From an uncultured Candidatus Saccharibacteria bacterium (GTDB lineage: Bacteria > Patescibacteriota > Minisyncoccia > Phycocordibacterales > UBA1006): a DNA stretch of 60,169 nt. The stretch spans positions 5,755 to 65,923 of the forward strand of contig CAYOMN010000001.1 in NCBI GenBank assembly GCA_964405115.1. Reading direction: 5' to 3'. The translations under genes were made by a program, and so were the position numbers. The notes below the pieces were generated by a model. The model did no database searches and had not been told where the DNA came from. It was given only the letters and a program-made list of their open reading frames with translations. Of this stretch, positions 1 through 8,055 are shown piece after piece. How positions within the stretch are numbered: position 1 is the first letter of the stretch; every line of letters starts with the position of its first letter.

Positions 1-3000
1 GAACTATCTGTTACATCTGAACCTGAATCATTACTGTCTAAAGTGTCATCATTGTTTGTTACATTTCTCTGTTGTTGAGTACACCATGCATAAGTATTAT
101 CTTTATTACATAACTCTAATTTAAGAATATTATTTTCTTCTATTAAAATATTAATAGAGCTTCTATTTTCAATAACCCTCTTCCACAAATTAGACACATT
201 ATCAACAATCTCAATAACCTTATTAATAACTTCTTCTATTGTATTAATAATCCAATTATTATCTTTTGTCTCATCTTCTAAAGAAGTTTCTAATAGATTT
301 ATATTTATCTGATCTTGATCATCTATATCAGAAAGGTTTGATACACTTACTGATTTATTAAAAATATCCTCATTTCCTACGCCAGGGAACCATTGATTAT
401 CAACAAATACCATAACAGTTCCACTCTCTTGCTCTTCACTAAATCCTGTTAATGCAATACCTATAGTGTAACCTGCTTCTATAGCTTTCTTTCCTATACC
501 AGACTCATGTGAAATTGTTATTCTATCTCCTGAATGTATTTCTTCATTATTATCTAACATAACCTTAACTGGAACCCTACCTCTTAATGCAATAGGAATA
601 GGTCTCCCTCCTACCCAATCATCACCGGCACCAATGATCTTACCTGGATCAGTTGAAACCACACCAAATAATGTATCGCCGATACTTGCCTTTTTAACAC
701 CAGCACTTAAAGATGAATCTATTGTAACAAGATCACCAGCTTCTAATTCATTATCATTCGTATAATATACTTCAGAATAATCAGCTCCAGATTCAATAAA
801 TTTCTTTATCGTTATCGACGTTCCGTCTGCCATGGTTGTTGGGTTACTACCTCCACCAACTTTAAGTGCACGTAGTCTAATAGCATCACCATTCGATAGA
901 TTTAATATCAACGTTCTTGTACATGAATTACCTTCTGCTGTTGTATTTCTATGATAAGTACTACAAATAGATCCATCTTGAATTGTATTATTAACATCTA
1001 ATGACCATTGAACTTCAGTTCGTGTTGTACCACCACCGTCTGCTGAACCAGTATATGTTACTTCATATAAACCATCAGAATTAACAGTAACTAGATCAGT
1101 TGCCAACGAATAATTAATATTTGATTTTCGAACAGTATCTAAATTAACAGTTATCTCTGTGGTTGTTATTGTCTGTCCCCCTGTATTATCATAAACATCA
1201 TATGCACTTGATATACCTGCATCAGATGAACACTCCCACGCACCTGATGTTCCATTCCACTTAGCTATTTCTCCATCAGAACAAGAGAGACCTCCAAGTG
1301 TATCATTATCAATACTTAAAGAACCAAGACTAGCACTATCCGCTATTACCATAAAATGCCATATTTTATCACGTCTAATCCCAGCTGTCGTACCATTATC
1401 TTGCTCTGTTATATCAACATCAAAAGCTGCGGTTGTTTGATTATCTATTGAAATCTCCAAGTCATCCAAAGTAGAAGCTTGCTCATCAACTGTTAATTGT
1501 ACTGTATAATTATCTGTACTTAATGGCGTATCTAATGTAACAGTATAATCACCAACATTATTTCTTGTAACATTCGCTCCATTTACATCAAGTTCTATTC
1601 CATTAGCAGCAATCTTACCATATGCAACGATTTCACTTTGCTGAACAACTGTACATTCCCAAACAGAGGTTGTAGAATTCCATGATAAATACTCGCCATC
1701 AGCACATCCTCCAATAAGACGAAGTCCACTCGCAGTTGTTTCAAGTCCAGAATTAGAATTCGTAGTTAAGGTAGTTCCTACAGTAGTAGTATCGATCGTA
1801 ACATCATTCGCATTCACAATAATTCCATTTCCAGCGCCAATATCAAGAGCACTTCCACCACCACCAAATAAACCATCACCTGCAATAGATGTATTAAGTA
1901 AAGTTTCTGTTATTCCCCCATTGGGAACTGCAAAAACATCTCCTGTTAAACTAAGCCCTGTTCCAGCAGTATACGTTGTGTCATCGTCTCCATCATCTAA
2001 TCCTGATGGTCTATTTTGTATATTTGCCCAATCAGGTTGAATACTTGCAAGAGAAATCGTTTGATTGGTACCATTTTCAATCCCAATAGAAAGATTATTT
2101 GCTAAAAAAGATGATCCTTGAATATTTTGATTGTCAGTATTATCGAGATATCCTGATAGGTTAATGTTCGTTGTCGTTCCGTTTTCATCAAAATAATTAA
2201 GAGAATTTACGTTTAATGAAAGACTAGTAACACTTTCGTTAATATCCTGAGTAACACCATTTTCATTAGAGTAATCAGCAATCTTATGTCCAGAAATAGA
2301 ATTAGCAATATTCGTTATTGTTTCTAGCGTACTTACTGTGATTGGAACCCAATTAATTCCATTCCAACTCAATACTTGTCCATTTGTTGGAGTTATAGTT
2401 GTTGTGTCAACATCGAAATGGTTATTAATAGAACCAAGTAAAAGAGTATCTAAACTCACCCAATCTGTTCCTGTAACAGTACTACTTAAAATTTGTCCAG
2501 CAATACCAATTTCATTACTAGAGTCATAATACCCACCAGTTACACGAATATTTCCAGATACTTGAAGTTCTTGAGTAGGGGAAATTGTTCCTATTCCAAG
2601 TCTCTTATTTATATCATCCCAAAAGAAATTAATATTATCTTGACTAATTTGATTATTTGAATCTGCAAACAAAACAGAACCATTAACAAAACTACTTGAC
2701 TGTGTAGAAAAGATTCCAGAAATATCAGGAATTATTAATATATTATCAGATGTAGGGTCATTAACAGATATAGAAGTTTCAAAGGTGTTATTTGTCAATC
2801 CTTCAAAAATGAAAGGAACTGAACCTTGGACAATACCTGTAAATGTTATTTTATCAGTAATATCATCTCCAAATGACACATCGGCATTTGATAAAATATT
2901 CCCAGCAACGGTTAATCCACTAGACATGGAAACATTATCTAGAAAAAGAAATCCCTGATTTATTCCAAAAGTATTAAAAGTTGTATATCCATCAAGGGCA

Positions 3001-5798
3001 ACTGAAGTATCAAAGTAATTTGCTGTATCATATCCTACTTGCATTTGAGGTGTCACAGATGAATTATTTACAACTAATCCTGACATTGTAATGTTATTTA
3101 CATTATAAATCGAATTATTTCCTAGATCTAAATCACCAGTTAAAGTTCTTCCACCATTTGTTAATAAATATTGAGGATGATCATCATCTAACAATCCAGA
3201 TAAATTTCCATGATCAGCAACAGAACCGGTAGTACCAGAAGTCCCAAATCCAAAAACCCTATCAAGATTAGGACGTACATCATAAATATCATTAACTATA
3301 GAAGTTGCTCCTTGCTGAGAAACAATTGTCGCTAAAAACACAGCACCTGCCTTTTGAATACTCACTGGAATATCTGGAAAAGCTCCATCTTTTGCTTCTG
3401 TTTCTGTTGCATACTCAGCTTGCCCATAAATATAATTAACACTACCATCCAAAGTTCTTAATACTAAATCTTTTTTCCAATAACCATTTGTTAAGTTAAC
3501 AAGAGCGTTTATTTTTGGTCGTGTAATATCATTGTATTGTGTAGTAGAAACAAGATTTAAATTACTAAAATCTTGTACCCACCCATTATCAGATGTTTTA
3601 TTCCATTTAGTAAAAGCTATTGTGTCATTTACTACATATTCAGAGAGATTAGAAAATAGAATTCCTGAAGTTATTAATAAACTTAAATTTGTACTTCCCT
3701 CTGAAACAATATTCCCTGACTCAACAATTGTTCCTATAACATTATTTAAAAAATCATTATTTTTAGCTGTATAATTTCCAGCAAAAAATGGATTCGAAGA
3801 TAAAAGTCCAATATCCGAATTACTATTAAATGTATACACATATCCTAGATAGATATACTCATGTGTATTTGACCGAATATTAGTTATCCTAACAGCACCA
3901 GTTGAATCTATATAAACAAAATTATCTCCATTATAGAGAAGTGAAATATTATTTAGTCCTGTCCATGTTACTTCTAAAAGCTTATTAGAAATATTATTAA
4001 CAAAACCACTTCCGTCTGCAATATTTATAGTATTACCCCCATTATCACTAAGTTCTCCACCATCAACTAAACCAGTAGACCATCTCTTATTTGCATTTAA
4101 ACCAAGATGCTGCAAAACATCTTCTATATTATTCTGAGTATAATAATTACCACCATCAGCAACTGGAATATCCAAAGCAGATACTTGATCAACATTAGTT
4201 CCCCAATTTATCTTTGAATCATTAATAGCATCGTCAATTACCTTATTTGTACTTACACTACTATCAGATAATTTTATTTCTGTAACTGAATTACTTGCTA
4301 ATTGATTTACACCAATACCATCATTTGGTACATATAGCTGATTAGACGTGTTTATTCCAACGGTAACATTATCAACACCTAGAGATAAAACTCTATTTGA
4401 CAAACTTAAGGCATTGTTAAGCGCCACAGAATAAAGATTAGAAAGATCAACAGTTTGTGTAGCTACAGCATCGTCTTCCAATGATAAATTTAATACACCA
4501 TCCACAAGAGAAAAAACATCAACTACCTGGTCATCAGTATTTACTGTCATATTTGTAGGTTCCCAATTAGCTCCACTCCAACTCAATACTTGTCCATTTG
4601 TTGGAGTTATGGTTGTTGTATCAACATCGAGAAGACTGTTAATATCAGAGTTAAGGCTGAACACAGTTCCTAATAATTGTAATCCTACTCCAGCTGTATA
4701 AAGTGTATCTATATCGATAGAACACACAAAGGCTGTTCCATTCCATTGTAATTTATTTGTACCAGAACAAGTTGGTGTATTCACAGAAAAAGCAGTTCCT
4801 GTTAGAATAACTCCATTTCCAGCAGTATACGTTGTGTCATCGTCTCCATCATCTAATCCTGATGGTCTATTTTGTATATTTGCCCAATCAGGTTGAATAC
4901 TTGCAAGAGAAATCGTTTGATTGGTACCATTTTCAATCCCAATAGAAAGATTATTTGCTAAAAAAGATGATCCTTGAATATTTTGATTGTCAGTATTATC
5001 GAGATATCCTGATAGGTTAACAGTTGTAACATCATTAGTTAAGCTAAGTATATCACTAGAAAGTGAAAGATCTTGATTATCGGTATTGTCTAAGTAAGAA
5101 GATAAACTAACAGTATAATCACCGACCGAATCGTTCTCTAAAGATAAATGTAATGTATTAGCTAAAATATTAAAAGTATCCACAATTTGATCATCAGTAT
5201 TAACTGTAGAAGCAATACATACCCAATAACCATTGCTATTATCCCACTGAAGAACATGTCCATCTGTAACACATTCAATACGGTCCTCACTATTATATAT
5301 AGCTGTAATACCATCAACAACCAAAGCATCAGATCCTGTCGCATCTCTACCAGCTGAACCCATACCACCACGCCCTCTAGGTCCAATATCTCCTTTTTCA
5401 CCATTCTCGCCCTTAGGACCTTGATATCCTCTAGGTCCAATATCTCCTTTTTCACCATTCTCGCCCTTAGGACCTTGATATCCTCTAGGTCCAATATCTC
5501 CTTTTTCACCAGAAATAGCCTCTATAAATTTATCTTTTTTTCCTGTTAAATTATTACAATCAGAAAAAGCACAAAATGTTTTAAGAGACACCCTTTCGGC
5601 AATCGATAAATTAGTCTTTTCTTCTGGGGTAATATCTTTTTCACAATATGAAAAAGTACAAAATACTTTTAGCGATAATTCTTCTAATAAATTTATATCA
5701 TTGTCCTCGGCATATACTTTTATAAAAAATGAACTACTCAAAAATAATACAAATAAAATTATCAATAGTTTATTAACTTTTTTTTTATTTAATATCAT
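1..5798 (-). CDS. giant secreted surface protein, first 1932 codons (3'-partial, runs off the left edge): signal peptide, collagen-like Gly-X-Y stretch, phage-tail-fibre-like beta-rich modules
   Basis: Absent from the supplied ORF track because it has no in-window stop. ATG at 5798 lies 5 nt after the stop of 5804..6010. I translated the reverse complement line by line down to nt 3 and met no stop. N-terminus MILNKKKVNKLLIILFVLFLSSSFFIKVYA/EDND resembles a Sec signal peptide. It has 17 Gly-X-Y triplets and the motifs TYTAGxG, TPTNGQVLSW(S/N)GxNW, DHGNLSGLLDDDHPQYLL and FFWDDINKRLGIGT. Confidence 0.85.
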   Translation of the reverse strand, partial: MILNKKKVNKLLIILFVLFLSSSFFIKVYAEDNDINLLEELSLKVFCTFSYCEKDITPEEKTNLSIAERVSLKTFCAFSDCNNLTGKKDKFIEAISGEKGDIGPRGYQGPKGENGEKGDIGPRGYQGPKGENGEKGDIGPRGRGGMGSAGRDATGSDALVVDGITAIYNSEDRIECVTDGHVLQWDNSNGYWVCIASTVNTDDQIVDTFNILANTLHLSLENDSVGDYTVSLSSYLDNTDNQDLSLSSDILSLTNDVTTVNLSGYLDNTDNQNIQGSSFLANNLSIGIENGTNQTISLASIQPDWANIQNRPSGLDDGDDDTTYTAGNGVILTGTAFSVNTPTCSGTNKLQWNGTAFVCSIDIDTLYTAGVGLQLLGTVFSLNSDINSLLDVDTTTITPTNGQVLSWSGANWEPTNMTVNTDDQVVDVFSLVDGVLNLSLEDDAVATQTVDLSNLYSVALNNALSLSNRVLSLGVDNVTVGINTSNQLYVPNDGIGVNQLASNSVTEIKLSDSSVSTNKVIDDAINDSKINWGTNVDQVSALDIPVADGGNYYTQNNIEDVLQHLGLNANKRWSTGLVDGGELSDNGGNTINIADGSGFVNNISNKLLEVTWTGLNNISLLYNGDNFVYIDSTGAVRITNIRSNTHEYIYLGYVYTFNSNSDIGLLSSNPFFAGNYTAKNNDFLNNVIGTIVESGNIVSEGSTNLSLLITSGILFSNLSEYVVNDTIAFTKWNKTSDNGWVQDFSNLNLVSTTQYNDITRPKINALVNLTNGYWKKDLVLRTLDGSVNYIYGQAEYATETEAKDGAFPDIPVSIQKAGAVFLATIVSQQGATSIVNDIYDVRPNLDRVFGFGTSGTTGSVADHGNLSGLLDDDHPQYLLTNGGRTLTGDLDLGNNSIYNVNNITMSGLVVNNSSVTPQMQVGYDTANYFDTSVALDGYTTFNTFGINQGFLFLDNVSMSSGLTVAGNILSNADVSFGDDITDKITFTGIVQGSVPFIFEGLTNNTFETSISVNDPTSDNILIIPDISGIFSTQSSSFVNGSVLFADSNNQISQDNINFFWDDINKRLGIGTISPTQELQVSGNIRVTGGYYDSSNEIGIAGQILSSTVTGTDWVSLDTLLLGSINNHFDVDTTTITPTNGQVLSWNGINWVPITVSTLETITNIANSISGHKIADYSNENGVTQDINESVTSLSLNVNSLNYFDENGTTTNINLSGYLDNTDNQNIQGSSFLANNLSIGIENGTNQTISLASIQPDWANIQNRPSGLDDGDDDTTYTAGTGLSLTGDVFAVPNGGITETLLNTSIAGDGLFGGGGSALDIGAGNGIIVNANDVTIDTTTVGTTLTTNSNSGLETTASGLRLIGGCADGEYLSWNSTTSVWECTVVQQSEIVAYGKIAANGIELDVNGANVTRNNVGDYTVTLDTPLSTDNYTVQLTVDEQASTLDDLEISIDNQTTAAFDVDITEQDNGTTAGIRRDKIWHFMVIADSASLGSLSIDNDTLGGLSCSDGEIAKWNGTSGAWECSSDAGISSAYDVYDNTGGQTITTTEITVNLDTVRKSNINYSLATDLVTVNSDGLYEVTYTGSADGGGTTRTEVQWSLDVNNTIQDGSICSTYHRNTTAEGNSCTRTLILNLSNGDAIRLRALKVGGGSNPTTMADGTSITIKKFIESGADYSEVYYTNDNELEAGDLVTIDSSLSAGVKKASIGDTLFGVVSTDPGKIIGAGDDWVGGRPIPIALRGRVPVKVMLDNNEEIHSGDRITISHESGIGKKAIEAGYTIGIALTGFSEEQESGTVMVFVDNQWFPGVGNEDIFNKSVSVSNLSDIDDQDQININLLETSLEDETKDNNWIINTIEEVINKVIEIVDNVSNLWKRVIENRSSINILIEENNILKLELCNKDNTYAWCTQQQRNVTNNDDTLDSNDSGSDVTDS
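1961..2164 (-). repeat. 204-bp exact direct repeat, copy 1 (inside the giant CDS)
   Basis: Base-for-base identical to 4817..5020 on manual comparison. The offset is 2856 bp (952 codons), so the copies are in frame. Confidence 0.9.
4817..5020 (-). repeat. 204-bp exact direct repeat, copy 2 (inside the giant CDS)
   Basis: Identical to 1961..2164. Both encode NLSGYLDNTDNQNIQGSSFLANNLSIGIENGTNQTISLASIQPDWANIQNRPSGLDDGDDDTTYTAG. Confidence 0.9.
5377..5510 (-). repeat. 54-bp tandem repeat, about 2.5 copies, encoding (GEKGDIGPRGYQGPKGEN)n collagen-like triplets
   Basis: The unit ctaggtccaatatctcctttttcaccattctcgcccttaggaccttgatatcct starts at 5377, 5431 and 5485 (the last copy is partial). The period is a multiple of 3 and is in frame with the giant CDS. 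Confidence 0.9.
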
Positions 5799-5803
5799 TA
5801 AAA

Positions 5804-6010
5804 TTATTTATCTACATTTTCTAAATCTGAAATATTTTTACTAAAAGTTCTTTGAGAATAATCAGTATCATTCGTATAAAAAACATAAGCACCAAAAAAA
5901 AATATTAAAAGAAACAATCCTAATATGATAGTAAAAGTTCTCCAAATTATTTTATGTGATTTTTTTTTAATTATGATTCTTCTCATAAAAAATGAAATTA
6001 TTATACTCAA
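5804..6010 (-). CDS. small single-pass membrane protein immediately upstream of the giant gene
   Basis: ORF track entry with one hydrophobic span (IILGLFLLIFFFGAYVFY). The start is TTG at 6010, or more likely ATG at 5986, which is preceded by TATAAT. Its stop is 5 nt before the giant-gene ATG. Confidence 0.4.
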   Translation of the reverse strand: MSIIISFFMRRIIIKKKSHKIIWRTFTIILGLFLLIFFFGAYVFYTNDTDYSQRTFSKNISDLENVDK

Positions 6011-6076
6011 AAAATAAAAATGTATAATACATATATTTTAGTATATATTAATATAATATTTGACACAATAGACACC

Positions 6077-7633
6077 CTAAAAGATTGATTCTTCATAAAT
6101 ATTACGTTCTCTTATGTTAAGAATCTTTAAAACAGTAGATAATATATTTTTTAACCCACAATTATCTTTCAAAACAATTTTTTCATATACTAAATCATTA
6201 GAGATAATTGTAAATGGTACCTTATTGTTTGTATGACTTGTTAAATATTTACCATGTTTATACTCTGCATTTCCATGATCGGCAGTAACCATAACTACAT
6301 AATTATTTTCCAAAGCAACAGGGATTATGGCTTCTAAAGATCTATCTACAGCATAAATTGCTTCTTTAATAGCCTCATATTTTCCAGTATGACCAACCAT
6401 ATCGGCATTTGGAAAATTACAAAGTATAAAATCTTGTGCGTTATTTTCAATTTCATTTATTAGTGTTTTAGTAATTTCTACTGAAGCCATTTCAGGCTTT
6501 AAATCAAAGGTATTTACTTTCGGAGACGAAATTATTATTTTTTTTTCTCCATTAAAATCATAATCTTCTCCTCCATCGAAGAAAAATGTAACGTGTGCAT
6601 ATTTTTCTGTCTCTGATATACGTAACTGTGTTCTATTATAATCTTCTAAAATCTGACCAAGAATATATTTTACTTTTATGTCTGGAAAAGCAACATTCAA
6701 AACCTGTTTATAATAATTTGTCATAGAAACAAAATAAATATTTTTATGACATGTATCAAATTTAGAAAAATGTTTATCATTAAAAATATGTGCTATCTGT
6801 CGCTCTCTATCCTTTCTAAAATTAAAATCAATAATAGAATCATGCTCTTGTAATCCATCATATTTTTTATAAGAGATAGGCTCCAAAAACTCATCAGAAA
6901 ATTCTGAATCATTATATTTTTCTTTTAATAAGTCTTGTGGTTCAATAAATGTTCGTCTTAATATACGATTAGATCCCGAATCCATTTTATTAGAATTACA
7001 AATGACATCGTAATATTTTTTTATTCTATCCCAATTATTATCTCTATCCATTGCAAAATATCTTCCAGCAAGAGTAACAATCTTTCCAATACCAATTCTA
7101 GTCATTTCTTTTTCTAAATCTAAAACATAATTAATAGCATTTTGTTCTCCTGCATCACGACCGTCTGTAATTACGTGTATATAAACATCATCTTTTTTTA
7201 ATCCTTGTTGTTTAGATAATTCTAATAATGCAATCAAATGATTAAAATGTGAGTGAACCCCCTCTTTTTGAAGTAATCCAATTAAATGTAGTTTTGAATT
7301 ATATTTTTTTACTAAACAAATAGCGTTTATGAATTCTTTATTTTTGAAAAAACTACCATCTTCAATAGAGTTATTTATTCTAAGAAGAGATTGCTCTAAA
7401 ATTCTTCCAGCACCAATTGTCATATGTCCAACCTCTGAATTTCCAAAGTAACCGTCTGGCAAACCAACTTCTTCCCCACATGTATTTAATAGCGTTGTGG
7501 GGTAGTTTTTTTCTAAATAATCTGTGTATTGAGTATTTGCCTGTGCAATCATATTATATTTTGTCTCTGATGAATAACCCCAACCATCACGAATAATCAA
7601 CAACACCTTACTATCTTTCTTAATGTTCTTCAT
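6077..7633 (-). CDS. gpmI: 2,3-bisphosphoglycerate-independent phosphoglycerate mutase
   Basis: Motifs IRDGWG, NSEVGHMTIGAGR and TADHGNAE. I prefer the ATG at 7633 (MKNIKKDS...) because a TGCTATAAT box lies 7 nt upstream. The ORF itself extends to 7663. Confidence 0.9.
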   Translation of the reverse strand: MKNIKKDSKVLLIIRDGWGYSSETKYNMIAQANTQYTDYLEKNYPTTLLNTCGEEVGLPDGYFGNSEVGHMTIGAGRILEQSLLRINNSIEDGSFFKNKEFINAICLVKKYNSKLHLIGLLQKEGVHSHFNHLIALLELSKQQGLKKDDVYIHVITDGRDAGEQNAINYVLDLEKEMTRIGIGKIVTLAGRYFAMDRDNNWDRIKKYYDVICNSNKMDSGSNRILRRTFIEPQDLLKEKYNDSEFSDEFLEPISYKKYDGLQEHDSIIDFNFRKDRERQIAHIFNDKHFSKFDTCHKNIYFVSMTNYYKQVLNVAFPDIKVKYILGQILEDYNRTQLRISETEKYAHVTFFFDGGEDYDFNGEKKIIISSPKVNTFDLKPEMASVEITKTLINEIENNAQDFILCNFPNADMVGHTGKYEAIKEAIYAVDRSLEAIIPVALENNYVVMVTADHGNAEYKHGKYLTSHTNNKVPFTIISNDLVYEKIVLKDNCGLKNILSTVLKILNIRERNIYEESIF

Positions 7634-7640
7634 AAAATGA

Positions 7641-7649
7641 ATTATAGCA
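7641..7649 (-). promoter_or_regulatory. extended -10 box (TGCTATAAT) 7 nt upstream of the gpmI ATG
   Basis: The reverse complement of attatagca reads TGCTATAAT. There is no SD-like purine run in the 7-nt gap. Confidence 0.45.
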
Positions 7650-7694
7650 CACAAATACTTCACTTTTGTATAACAATAAGTATAATAAAATTGT

Positions 7695-8018
7695 GTTTGT
7701 ATTGGATGATTGCGCTACGGTGTGGAAAGTCCGGACATTCCCAAATTATATGGAGTATGGTAGCAGGTAACGCCTGTCTGCAGTAATGCACGAGGTGCGA
7801 GCAGTGACGCCAAAACCGAGAGGAGATGGCATCTCTTTGAGATGAATTTTATGGCAACATGAAAAGTGAAACGGCTAAATCCTTACCAGAATGCAAGGTC
7901 GTACTCTTCTTGCTTGCAAGAAGTTGAGTACCGCAAAGAATATTATGGTGACATAATATCAAGATAAATAATCATCACTCATTTTTATGAGTACAGAATC
8001 CGGCTTATAGATACAAAC
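7695..8018 (+). ncRNA. rnpB: RNase P RNA (bacterial type A-like)
   Basis: Conserved P4 strands GGAAAGUCCGGAC (5') and ACAGAAUCCGGCUUAU (3'). The terminal P1 pairing is GUUUGUAU...AUACAAAC. Length is about 324 nt and it lies in an ORF-free gap. Confidence 0.85.
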
Positions 8019-8023
8019 ATACT

Positions 8024-8055
8024 AAAAAAACACAAATAATTATTTGTGTTTTTTT
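8024..8055. terminator. bidirectional intrinsic terminator (32-bp perfect palindrome)
   Basis: aaaaaaacacaaataa/ttatttgtgttttttt has A and T runs on both sides. It lies between rnpB (+) and the stop of the DUF192 gene (-). Confidence 0.7.

Noticed and set aside
1961-5020. The 204-bp repeat pair as a diversity-generating retroelement TR/VR pair
   Set aside because: The copies are identical, with no adenine-specific mismatches. Both lie inside the same CDS, and no reverse transcriptase ORF is present anywhere in the window.
5162-5509. Track ORF of 115 aa with an internal repeat (MKKEILDLEDIKVLRARMV x3)
   Set aside because: It is an out-of-frame reading of the 54-bp collagen-like repeat on the same strand. 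The true frame is the giant ORF starting at 5798, and the two frames differ by 1.
1-5800. An alternative genetic code (4 or 25) as the reason no long ORF was listed for the first 5.8 kb
   Set aside because: The region is fully open in the standard code on the minus strand. It was missing only because the ORF has no stop inside the window. All conserved genes in the window are uninterrupted under code 11.
1-6010. A prophage or phage-derived island, suggested by the tail-fibre-like motifs
   Set aside because: There are no capsid, terminase, portal, integrase, lysis or baseplate-like ORFs in the visible flank. The gene has a Sec signal peptide and sits next to gpmI and rnpB. The unseen left flank could still change this.
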